Below are positions 43,701 through 56,970 of a DNA stretch of 64,000 bases, in pieces. Both the position numbers and the translations under genes were made by a program. Position 1 is the first letter of the stretch; each line of letters begins with the position of its first letter. The stretch is from contig CM097885.1 of the NCBI GenBank assembly GCA_044892525.1, positions 43,898,001-43,962,000 on the forward strand. Direction: 5' to 3'. The notes beneath the pieces were generated by a model, which was not told the DNA's origin, ran no database searches, and saw only the letters and a program-made list of their open reading frames with translations. This DNA is from Schmidtea polychroa (taxonomy: Eukaryota).

Positions 43701-45304
43701 TGAAGGATACTGAGGACAACTCAGACCAAAGTGATGACAACCTACATAATGAAACAGAGAACGACAAACGAAAGTCCCCACTGCATAACATAGTAATGCG
43801 GAAGAATCTAAACCAGTCACTCCTACTACAAATTATCCTAATAATACTAACGTCAATTTGCCTAACAGAAACGAAAAATACGCGAATTACGAGAGGAAAT
43901 CTGAAAGAAGGCGAACTATTCATGATAAAAGTCAGCGGCAACGACGGAAACGCGGTCGGGATATGCATCCAATTGATGGAAGGAACCGGAGTAAGTTGTG
44001 ATTTTAGAACGATAACAAAAGGGAGGATTTTCAATAGTCAAAATGGAGAACCTGAATTATGCGGAGACTACAACATTTGCGAAGACATAACATCAGAAGA
44101 AAAAGAATTGGAAAGAGCTAACGAAACCGGAGTACATGTCGCAATTAAAGCTACAATGGAAGGTATCGAAATAATAGATAAAGGAAATTTGCCAACAACG
44201 CAAATATGTTTTAGAGATGACGAAGACATATGTATAACGGTGGACATGAAACGAGATCGCGAATTTTTTTGGACAAACGTAAAACCAAACACCAACATGG
44301 TGGTATGCGCAGGTACCCAGGCAATAGTGGTATGTAAAGCAGTTAAAACCGCGCAAATAAAAAGCAGGCCAAAAAGTATGGCTAGTAAACGATATCAACC
44401 AAGGATCAAACCGGCAATTAAGAAACCCCAGAAACAATCCCGTACGGGAATGATAAGAGGACAGCACCAAACCAAGAAAAACACAACAGTAATATGGATC
44501 AAAGATGAGAGACGAGAAGTACTAGTAAATGTCGAATTCAACAAGAAAAGAGAAGAAGTAATCACGGTCAGAAACCAAGGTGAAGAACCAATAGTAAGAG
44601 TATGTGTACTAAACAGGACAGGAATAGTCGACTGCATAGAAACACTACTTGACAAAGGTGCAGAAGTTAAAATGACAATAGGAGAAAGAAAGGGACGATA
44701 CCACATATGCGTTCTTAAAAACGGAAGCGATTTAAGTTCATGCCAAGCAATAACCAGACAACGACCACGGTTGAAAAACATACCATTGGCAACCAGAAAA
44801 CCAAAAGAAGTGGAAAAGCCAAAAGGAAACGAACATCTAACGGCAGAAGAAACGAAACAGTTATACCAGATGCTCAAGAAAAATAAAACACAGGAGGCCA
44901 CTACAACAGAAACTAAAATGATGATGACGACAGGAAAATTCAACAACAAGACACTGATAACCGTTAAAATGATGTGGATCGCTAGCGCAATAATGAGTGC
45001 AGTGATAACATCAATAATAATCCAATGGATAAGAACCTCCAAAATATGTAAACAAAAACCTAAAGGCAGAAAAAAATGGCCACAAGTGGAGAATTCCGAA
45101 TATGGTATTCCAACAGAAAACCCGAATCCAGAAGAGTACGAAGCGATTGAAGATCCAAGGTCAAGCAGACTATGGACGCAAAAATTACTCAGAATACAAA
45201 CCCTAGACGATTGGGTAAACGAATTTGACATATACCGGCTAACGGATGAAAGATATGGGGGAATGCGCACATTGCATTCAGGTCCCCTGGCAACAATGGT
45301 ATAA
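40733..45304 (+). CDS. gag: Gag (capsid + 3 zinc knuckles) fused to a putative type-I membrane glycoprotein module, 1523 aa
   Basis: Ty3/Gypsy capsid motifs at ~40965-41475 (FRGE..IPLYLRGSAQDVY..TWKSIKNFLIKTF..RKQKYNES..FVEGM..TLEEAL). CX2CX4HX4C knuckles at ~41696, 41753, 41837. Hydrophobic signal-like segment ~43814-43870, Cys-rich region, TM helix ~44953-45031. True start codon uncertain. Confidence 0.9.
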   Translation: MKTLFESDSLTNESENSDDIKRNELYPVTDIKPTDKEDSSSGITSLCRDIMLDGNQVNNPNGSESTYTPEINHVNVNVGEFRERFRGEPFDENINELETFIKEFEVYITICHWPDIVVRERIPLYLRGSAQDVYLEAKCDATKLKTWKSIKNFLIKTFSSKREGNRKMLDFLHRKQKYNESNALYACELRRLAKEAFDSNQTVPEDKIIAVFVEGMKRKDIRATVGCRAPDTLEEALKIANKCENYLTPVQVAAMAAVPIATTPTTTTEINQTNNGNLGMNQFISESQQLFKAPKMTNPDNRGNIQFYTNNFRNNENNNRKCNICQRLGHWSNECYKTRMCQNCGKRGHTENICRGPMMSMRGGRTRTCYSCNQLGHVARECAMKTKHNQPRANDPSQNIQINIMQKIEQLKKMIQRIPEDIRKRPTREQQDQQRIEGQRPLNEKAREIQKRWKKRETNTGRINMMRSMNKGEPHTAEQCVNKEGSDITVINETKAIKENGSHQLTEQLTELSSEDKIKIIQEFTKEEKEKRRRSDETGHEPKSNEIVTKNRIQRVLLQKIEDRIRREEPNLTDEQVKEKVKDNWFRKNEWFEKKEPSNRANINMLRQIQKDQTDQEDEKSTMSSLRSALSQSSDENNEQGTPQNNEEGESDDMKSLIENDDEEIFEEISDTVSERERNESYINEPTYRKCIKLITQAYQWEGDILTATWKDLVTKYKGKLKEVDPDQYQVSIQHPETQIQIIELKVTNTDKLYNWVQQKMGTSHKNKQLYDNGYKVKMSIHLVDVMIWPNEVNILILKKNRDNESVTEILRKIQQIFNNEVEPEIEKIERKIMKENQIILVKQAIDQTKKYINRFRERWPQLMKQFVKDVRGTEIMGFEYKRTTELISKYGEYERIRCEQELPWPSNRKVTIVRESLKNSHLNKHEEMIKTSHVEDDIFGKGRSGKNDKDHNDKNEEDDGNHERNNINGNSGERDNKEDKESEDDDEDLKDTEDNSDQSDDNLHNETENDKRKSPLHNIVMRKNLNQSLLLQIILIILTSICLTETKNTRITRGNLKEGELFMIKVSGNDGNAVGICIQLMEGTGVSCDFRTITKGRIFNSQNGEPELCGDYNICEDITSEEKELERANETGVHVAIKATMEGIEIIDKGNLPTTQICFRDDEDICITVDMKRDREFFWTNVKPNTNMVVCAGTQAIVVCKAVKTAQIKSRPKSMASKRYQPRIKPAIKKPQKQSRTGMIRGQHQTKKNTTVIWIKDERREVLVNVEFNKKREEVITVRNQGEEPIVRVCVLNRTGIVDCIETLLDKGAEVKMTIGERKGRYHICVLKNGSDLSSCQAITRQRPRLKNIPLATRKPKEVEKPKGNEHLTAEETKQLYQMLKKNKTQEATTTETKMMMTTGKFNNKTLITVKMMWIASAIMSAVITSIIIQWIRTSKICKQKPKGRKKWPQVENSEYGIPTENPNPEEYEAIEDPRSSRLWTQKLLRIQTLDDWVNEFDIYRLTDERYGGMRTLHSGPLATMV

Positions 45305-47027
45305 GAAAGTGATGAGTCGATGTAAATAGTGTGTATATAAACGTGAGGGTAAAAGTAGTTTAGTAGATTAGTAATATGTTCAAAAAAAAAAAAAAAAAAA
45401 AAAGTACAAAAAAAAAATGGGTATGATAACTACGTATTGTAAATAAGAAATGAATCAGAGAAACGAGGATCAAGTATATCAAACGAGGATACCACATGTT
45501 GTTGAATTGGGAAATCAACCACTAGTAAACATTAATCAGACATAAATAGTAGAAATTGATACAAGTACAACGATAAACCAACCAAGTTAGTCAGCAGGAT
45601 CAATGTGAATAACACAATGTGAATTAATATCAAATGACAAACCATACCCATGAATATCGGTTACGTAATTAGAATGCGTTAATGGAGAGCATCAATAGAA
45701 ACTCGATATATGTAACAAGAATAAAAGAGCAACAACAAATAATCGCACAATAAGAATACAATAACAAACAGTTGATAAGCCAAATAAAATGGTAGACAGG
45801 AGAAATCAGGAGATTACGCGAAGACCGTCAGCATGATGATATCACGAGTTAAGTTGAGTGGATAACCGACCTACCAGGAACTGGGGAACCGGACTCAACA
45901 GGAGAGACATAAAAGAAGGGAAAGTAGCCCTGTAAACAAACAAAATTATAGCCAAAGTAGAAGCTCCGAGATTAAACGCTATCATGGCAGAATGCCGAGA
46001 GAAAGTGGAGAGAAGTGGAGGAACAAAACTATTAACTATGAGCTGAAAAGAAAATATTAGGTCAAGTCAGATGAATTCGAGGAGAGACTATTGTGTGCGG
46101 ACAAAGATTATTAATAAGAGCACGTCAAACCCTATATGGATGTAGATTATGCCATGGAGGTACTACACGACTTGTAACAAGAAAAGCAGAAGTTAAAGAG
46201 AGAACCACAGCAAGAATCAGCCACACCCCAGATGACAATAATAATAAAAATCTTAGAAGAAATAAAGCAGAAAATAATGATGACTGTCAACGAATGTCCG
46301 AGCAACTATGAAACAAAGACGCTCGAAGAAATAAAGGAAAGGGTAAATAACGCAGTCAAAGAAAAGCTAATTACTCAAGATGAAAAAATAAAAACATTGA
46401 GAGAGATATAGATGGAAATAATAACAACTATGAACAAAATCCCGATGAACCATGAGACAATGACCAAAACGTTAGAAGGAATAAAAATGAGAATATCAAC
46501 TACCTTCAACGCAGACTTCGTATACTAAAATGTCCTAATAAAGATGCTCATGGAAATCTAGAAAGGAGTAATGACAACTGTCAAAAAAAAAAAAAAAAAA
46601 AAAAAACCTACACACTAAATCAAATAACCTCGAAGAAGAACTCAACTCGACTGATACAATCCAACTAATTAAAACAGTGAGCATGTGACGAGAGCTAAAG
46701 AAAGAAGTGACAATCAAAACAAGGGCAGCAGAAGAAGAAAAAAAATTTGAATGTAAAGAAAACCCCGAATCCATAACAGTACCGATCCTGTTAACAGCGA
46801 ATCTCATGATAAATAACAATACTGAGCTTGCTAGCCCTTAATCCCACTCAAATCCATGAAAGTACAAAAACTCAAGTTGAAAGAACAATTCCGAAGCATT
46901 CGCATTCTAATAGAAGAACCAATACCCAGAGACTAAATCTATCAAATCTATCTTCTACAACCTTCAAATCTAGAGCCGTCATCGAGATGGGATCCCGAAC
47001 AACCAAGTATTTAAATCCTGATATAAA

Positions 47028-47265
47028 CCGACAATGATCCTGATATAATATGACAACAATCTTGAGTTGATTGACAATGTTCTTATCATGTGTTGACAAT
47101 GATCCTGATTCAATTGACAATGATCTGAAAATGATTTATGTGTTGAAAATGATCCCGATTCGATTGACAATGATCTGAAAATGATCTAGATGTGATTTAA
47201 CAATGATCCTGACATGATTCGACAATGATATGATTTGACTATTATTGTGATTTGATGCCAATATT
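47028..47265. repeat. Degenerate tandem (TTGACAATGATC) repeats in the 3' untranslated region of the retroelement
   Basis: GACAATGATC / AAAATGATC recurs many times. Confidence 0.75.
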
Positions 47266-47541
47266 ATATATTACTTTGATATTATTTGAGCATAACAATT
47301 TAATTAAATTTTGTGTGGACCGACCGTGGTCTTCTTTCTCTTCATCTTTAAACCAATCTGTAGCATGTAGCGTATCAGTAGAAACTTTTTATGTATGTGG
47401 GTATTGAGGTCACGACCCTGTAGCTCGTGGACCCAATTACATGTAGGCACTTGTAATACAGTGCAACCAATTCTGTCTAATTATATCTTGAACTTTTGAT
47501 TAAATTGCGGGTCGCAATTTTATGGGCCCCCGAGTGTTTTA

Positions 47542-50360
47542 TGTTGGGCTAGAACTGATTTCTAGACCCAAAGTTGGGAATGGGACGAAATGTGTCAGTA
47601 CACAACACGCATACCCAGCATTAAGTTTACTTAAATAAAAATATATAAAACACCAAGTAAACAATGATAATAGAGAGATAATATACCCAAAAATAAAACA
47701 TCTGAATTAAAAATAAAATAAAACACGAGCAAGAAGTATTACACGAAAACTTACTCAAATATAACCGAAAGACATAAAACAACAAAAAACAAATTCGAAT
47801 AAAGGCGATTAGTAAAAATTAAAAAAGAAAATTAAAGAAAATCTTCATAAAATCTTACGTAAAGAAAATTATATCGATATTTTGAATAAAAATCCAGAAC
47901 AATTCATAAAAATGGCGAAATCCATCATGACGGCCAAACGACCCAATAAAATTTATAAAAAATAAATATTTTAGTTTAAAAAATAAATATTTTAGAAAAG
48001 AAATCATAAAAAACAATTTAAAAATAAGAAATAGATTAAATTTAGCATGGACTGTTCTGGAAATGCTGAAATCTATCATGGAGGCAAATTTAATAAAAAA
48101 TAATTCGAAAATAAAATTTCAAAAATAAAAACAAAAATTCTTACTGAAAAATCGCCATCAAAATCGATAAAAATTAAAAATCGAATGTTCGAGAATTAAA
48201 ATAATCTGAATTTGTTTTACTGCATCAATGCACGCATGTATACTTACACGTCAAACAGAGGCTATATAAACTAACACATTTCGTCACTTTTAAAGCAAGG
48301 AAAAAATGCAAATGAATATTTTTACTCTTATGCCAAATTTTTGGTTTTGATTTTTCTGAGATTGTAGGTAAGGACGATTTCATTGTGAATTATAAATTAT
48401 TATTATTGAAACCTTGTTTTCATTATTTCTTTTTAACTATAGAAATGTAGGTTTGAGTGAGATCGTCGGTTATCATTGATTTTGAAGCGAGATCCCAGCC
48501 AACCCTGCACCTATGCACTTTATCATCGATGAGTAAACAGCCTACAATGATTGCAGGCCACTGCCTGGCACGCACTTATCAATATTATTGGGTTTTTTTT
48601 TGTTTGTTCAGGTCATTCGGAGGTCGCACCACTTCATGGTTCTGCCATGGAGTTAAGTCGATGAAATCCTCCGTCTGACTCTACCTATTTATTATAGGTC
48701 AGCCGTAAAGGGTTGACTTACCACACAACAGTAAGGTTTGTCGTAGTGGTCACAGTGGGGCCGCGAAAGCAAACACTCTTCCCGACTTTCAATACATGAA
48801 TAACTTACATAGTTAAAATCTACATCCAAAATCATCACAATACAATACACTAAGGTTAATAAACAGAGTAGATCTCAGACCTAAATTAATCACAACTCTA
48901 CAATTCACAATTAATGTAGACGGTTAAATATCATCAAAAACCAACTCTTCCTATACGTTTGTCGAATCTAGATTTATAAATGTCTTAAATAAATTTTCTA
49001 GTAATAGTATAAAGTAAAGATTTTTTAAAAAATGATTGATTTAGTAGTGATAGTATTCCTAAAGGTGTTCGACATGCGTATCAGCAAGACTTGGATTTTA
49101 AATTGAATAGACTCTAAACTAACTGTAAAAATACAAATCGTAAACCCATAAAAGAATAAATTATCCTCTCAATTTCATAAAAATGTGAATTATACTTATA
49201 GATTTAATTTCTTCAAAATATAAATTAGGATTAGTTATAAAGGTATAAATTATAAATTTAATTTCTTGAAATTATAAATTACAAATTTACATTGACTATA
49301 AATTATAAATTATAACTCTAAGTTGATTGTAAAAGTATAAATTATAATCTTAATTTCTTCAAAATATAAATCATGAACTTAAAAGTATAAATTATAAAAT
49401 TATATTAGCTTTAAAATATAAACCATAAAATTAACTTCATAAAAATATAAATTATAAACTTAAAAATACAAATTATAAAATTATATCAGTTCTAAAATAT
49501 AAACTATAAATTTAACTTCATAAAAATATAAATTATAAAATTATATTAGCTTTAAAATATAAACTATAAATTTAACTTAACTTAGATTGCCTTTAACATC
49601 ATAGTTGAAAATTTTTCATCAAAGACCCCCCATAAACCATATAGTCATCAACTACCACCTAAATATACTAAATTAGCTTATCTTAATATACATTTAACTT
49701 ATATTATATTTAAAAATATAAATTGTAGATTTTTATGAATGACCCCCCTCAAAATCATACAGTCATTACCCATTACCTAAGCATACTAAATTAACTTATC
49801 TTAATATACATTTAACTTATATTATATTTAAAAATATAAATTGTAAATTTTTATGAATGACCCCCTCAAAATCATACAGTCATTACCCATTACCTAAGCA
49901 TACTAAATTAACTTATCTTAATATACATTTAACTTATATTATATTTAAAAATATAAATTGTAAATTTTTATGAATGACCCCCCTCAAAATCATACAGTCA
50001 TTACCCATTACCTAAGCATACTAAATTAACTTATCTTAATATACATTTAACTTATATTATATTTAAAAATATAAATTGTAAATTTTTATGAATGACCCCC
50101 CTCAAAATCATACAGTCATTACCCATTACCTAAGCATACTAAATTAACTTATCTTAATATATATTTAACTTATATTATATTTTAAAATATAAATTGAAAA
50201 TTTTCATAAAGGACCCCCTTTCAAATCATGTAGCCATTAACTATTCCTTAGGTATACTGAATTGTGTCATCTTCGTATAGAGTTAAATTATATTCCATAA
50301 ATTTTCGTAAATGATCCCCCCCCCCCCATAGGTAGTAATCTTATAAAAATATAAATTTAC

Positions 50361-50458
<98 letters not shown>

Positions 50459-50506
50459 GCATTGTTACCAGTAACATTATCACTCTTACTATTATTATTA
50501 CTATTA

Positions 50507-50539
<33 letters not shown>

Positions 50540-50778
50540 TATTAAAATAATTATCTTGATTTCATAAAAATAAAATTATAAAACAAATTATTGATTTTGG
50601 GATTCCCCTATCTCTAAATTTAGTTTCAATGGCCCTATCTTCCAATAAAATTACGGAAAATCACTAAAATCTATTTTTAGTAACACCCCCCCCCCGGAAA
50701 ACGACATCAATATTATTAATTTAAATTATATCCATATATAGGTATGTGTGTATATGTATATGTATATATGTATATATA

Positions 50779-50816
<38 letters not shown>

Positions 50817-52430
50817 GGTGTGGATGGGTGTATGTATATATAGATTTATAAAATAACCTTATAAAAATATGACCACCCTTCCCCATAAAGACCCCAAGTT
50901 GTATAATAACAGGAATTAAGGTTAATTCTAGTCGTCCTATAATCCTAAAATTTTTTTTTGATTTTGCATGTATTATTATTCTCATTATTACCCTTAGTGT
51001 TATTATTATTACTACGATTATTATTATCATCATTATTATTATTATTACTATTATTATTATTACAGCTATCAATGTTATTATTATTATTATTATACATAGA
51101 ATAAGAAAGTATAAGAATGAATGAATAAAAAGAAGAAATAACTAAACAAAATAGGAACTTTTATTGTGTAAATTGTTCGTTTTGAGAGCCGATAGAATTC
51201 CAATAATGAATGGAAATTCACCTTTTCCTGAAAAGTTTACTAAGTAATTTATACCCGTGTGCTCCGACTAGTATTTCTATTTTGGGTTTGAAATCGATTT
51301 CAGTTGTAAACTTTCCGTTCGAATATTTAAAAATAAGCCTCTCCACAATCTACTAAAATAGCCACAGCGAGTGAACAGAACCTAAAAAAGGGAACAATTC
51401 CTGCTAACTTGTACCTGAAAAATTAGTGAAAATAGATGTAACAATATAAATTACCAAACTGAATGAGGATAAGTGTGGATTGTGCCACTGCTGACTGCCG
51501 CAACTGAGGAAGAAGCAAGCATTTCGAAAACAAAGTTCGATGCTAGTGCTTCTTTCTCAGCGAGGTCGCATACAGTGGCAATTGCATACATAATTACTTG
51601 AAAATTTAATTCCTGAATAAATATAAAAATTTAAATTCACCGCTTTGAGGTGATAAGTAAATGACTATCACGTCATCATTTAAAACAAATATTTAATAAT
51701 ATAACTTAATTTATTAATTTAAGTTAAAGATTTATTACTTTAATTTATTATAAAATTTTAATTTTGCACTAACTTAATTTATTAATTTGGGTTAAAGATT
51801 TATTACTTTAATTTATTATAAAATTTTAATTTTTCCGATGGAATATTAGTTTTAGGCTAAATTAATATAAGATTAAAATTTAGACTAGTTGCAAATTTTC
51901 GTGGAATGGTGTGATAAGGCGGTCTAGGTAGCTTGTCGGGATAGGTTGACAGAGTGGACCAGACGCGATGAGCATTTAAACCATAATTAAGTAGGGCAAT
52001 GGACAACTTTAGGTAACGAATCTCATTTAGATTTCAGACGCAAGGAGATCCAACGAAGACGGAAAAGTTGACCCATCTTCAGGGAAGGTAGGACAGATTG
52101 ACCCATGAATAATGATGATTTATACGAATGGTGGGGTGGGCTGACACCGTGGAAGAATACAAGACACGTTAACAGGTTATCGGGAGCACTATCCGACGAC
52201 AGGGACCATGTAAAGCGGACATAAACCTTCTAACGGTAGTCCGTGAACCCAAAGGAGTGTTCGACAATTACAGTGCAAGCAGTGCGCTCACTTTTTGCGA
52301 GCACTCACCCTCTTGATACAGTACCAACGTTGATCGCTCAACGGGTATCAAGCGGTAAACAATGTTGTATCTTGGGTTACGCTGGTAACAGCACTAAAGA
52401 GCAAAATATTTGATCATCAGTAACCCACCA
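47542..52430 (+). repeat. 3' LTR (4,889 bp)
   Basis: Begins TGTTGGGCTAG at 47542 and ends AACCCACCA at 52430, followed by the TSD CATA. Confidence 0.93.
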
Positions 52431-53054
52431 CATATCTTTAATTTTGCGTGAAATTGTATGTGCTGACAAGAGAATCGACTTCATATTTACAGCAGTCTCG
52501 GTGGTAATCATGGAACCAATAACAATTTCTAACGCTAGCAAAATAATATTCTCAGCGTCAGAATATTTTTTAGCCAAAAGTTTGGAATTCTTGTAGCTTG
52601 CAAGTTGAGCATTTTTGGACACAGAACAAAATTCTTCAGTTTTTTGGATTGTTTTTGTAAGTTGCAGTGACGTTTCTCAAAGTTATCTCTTGTTTTGTTT
52701 ATATGTTCTGTATGCCTTGTTATTAAATGTCTAAAAGGTTTACTTGGTACCATTGCCTTGTTTGGGGCAGTTGCAGAGCATGACAAGTAAATTGGAATCG
52801 AGTTGTTGCTTTCGGATGTAACAAGATCAAATTTGAGATAGGAATGATTGTATTTGCGTTTGAATGAGCTGTTGGGTTATTGGGTTGGTGGTGAAATTAA
52901 ATTCTTTGTACTTCTGTTTTTTTTCTGAGTTCCCATAGATCGTCCCGTTTGTCATTACATCAAATTACAAAAAACGTTAGTAATTTTAAATATTTGACAA
53001 ATGCTTCGTGGCAACACGATAAATATCTTACGGCACACCATTTGAGTAACACTG
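52431..53054 (-). mobile_element. 5' part of a Buster/ZBED5-like hAT transposon (terminus plus decayed transposase N-terminus)
   Basis: Terminus, reverse complement, CAGTGTTACTCAAATGGTGTGCCG. Protein fragments AMVPSKPFRHLITRH, AQLASY, AENIIL, LSAHTISRKIKDM. Confidence 0.88.
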
Positions 53055-53289
53055 TTTTAAAGCATTAAAATATTGGAATATTTATATGATCAAAGATAAT
53101 TCATTGATTGTTCATGGGATTATGACCCTAATGAATCTTAATATTTCTGCTTTGAACGCTTCAATCAAATTGTTTAAAGTTTCTATTTTAATTTGAAAAT
53201 TAACTGTTTTTCTACTTGATTTTTTAATAATTCCGATTTGAATTGTTCTACCCGATACTGATATTTCTAATTGTTTATAAATTGATGAG

Positions 53290-55638
<2,349 letters not shown>

Positions 55639-56451
55639 TATTATTATTATTATTGTTATTATAGTATAAAATGATGATTGCTTGGTAGCAGCATTTATTA
55701 TTTAAAACAATAAAATGATAATTTAAGCCTTTTGCTGCAAATAATTATTATAGTTGTTTGCTATATAATGTTGATTATTATTTTTTGTTATTTATTCTAT
55801 TTTCGCTCTTTTGCGTATTACAATATAAATAATAATGAGATTGAAATAAAAAATCAACTAAGTACAACTAACAAACTATAATTTTAACTTTTATTAAAAA
55901 AATACTATAAGACTTTATTTAATTGGGATATCACGAACCACGGTCGTCGTCTTTTGAGATCGTTAGTTATTTAATCGGGAGATTTAGTAAATTGAGATTG
56001 AAGTTGGTTGATTGTAATTAAGCGAGTTTTGAGTTACTATTTTTGAATTTGGACTAGCTTTGATATTTAGATCGTTTGTTGTTTAATCGGGAAATTTGGG
56101 AAATTGGGATTGAACTTGGTTGATAGTAATTCAGAGAGTTTTGAGTTATTTTGTTGAACTTGGATTAAACTTTGTGGTCAATCCTGAGTCGCGTCTGTGC
56201 ATTTGTTTTTGTGCTAAAAAATTGGATTTTTTGTGTGCGGAAATTGGTTATTCGACATGTTAATGGTCAAATTGAAATTATCGAATTTTTGGAATATTAT
56301 CGGTTTTGGATTTTATTTGGTTTTCAAATTCTTGGATTTTATTGGAAGTGGTTTTAAAAATGACTTGTTTTAAAATTTGGAAAGCTTTGTGGATTTTTTG
56401 AAAATAAAGATTTAAATTCGTGTCTTTGATTATTTCGAAATTGAAAATGGT

Positions 56452-56970
56452 ATGGATTTTAAAAATGCTAAGGATAATGAATATGATGAATTTGTTTTGA
56501 GTGGACATTCGAATGTTGTTTTATCAGTAGTTTGGGCCAATAAATCGAGAGTTGCCTTCACTGGTGGAATGAATGATACTATAATTGCATGGAGTTTAGA
56601 AGATGGTAAACCAATTGATATATTATATGGACATTCAGAATCAATAACGAAATTAATCAACGAAATTAACTCATTCCTTGTAGGTGTGGATTTATGTGGT
56701 TATGTAATCGTATGGAAATTAAATCTTGGTCAAATGAAGTTTAATAAATTCAAATCAGTTGAAGTTTCAGACATTATTGACTTTAAGTGCAGTGTTGATC
56801 CATTATCAAAAGATGAATATCTTCGAACAATAAAACTACAACAGACGCATGGAAATTGGGATATGTATCTCTATAAATTGGAATTTATGCTTGCCGTTAT
56901 TCCCGAAGATGAGTTATTACTATTTGAGGAATCAAGTCGGAGACTTTTAATTGATGCTTCGAAAGAATAA
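56452..56970 (+). CDS. Short intronless WD40-repeat ORF (2-3 repeats; probably a gene fragment)
   Basis: LSGHSNVVLSVVW..AFTGGMNDTIIAWSL and LYGHSESITKL..LVGVDLCGYVIVWKL. Confidence 0.7.
   Translation: MDFKNAKDNEYDEFVLSGHSNVVLSVVWANKSRVAFTGGMNDTIIAWSLEDGKPIDILYGHSESITKLINEINSFLVGVDLCGYVIVWKLNLGQMKFNKFKSVEVSDIIDFKCSVDPLSKDEYLRTIKLQQTHGNWDMYLYKLEFMLAVIPEDELLLFEESSRRLLIDASKE

Noticed and set aside
43495..45270. Long antisense ORFs opposite gag (179 aa and 291 aa)
   Set aside because: Expected shadows of an A-rich coding strand; no motifs. An antisense protein is not excluded but is unsupported.
45305..47030. Degenerate pol downstream of gag
   Set aside because: Purine-rich and coding-like with many stops, but I found no protease, RT, RNase H or integrase motifs. 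A frameshift-aware profile search should confirm.
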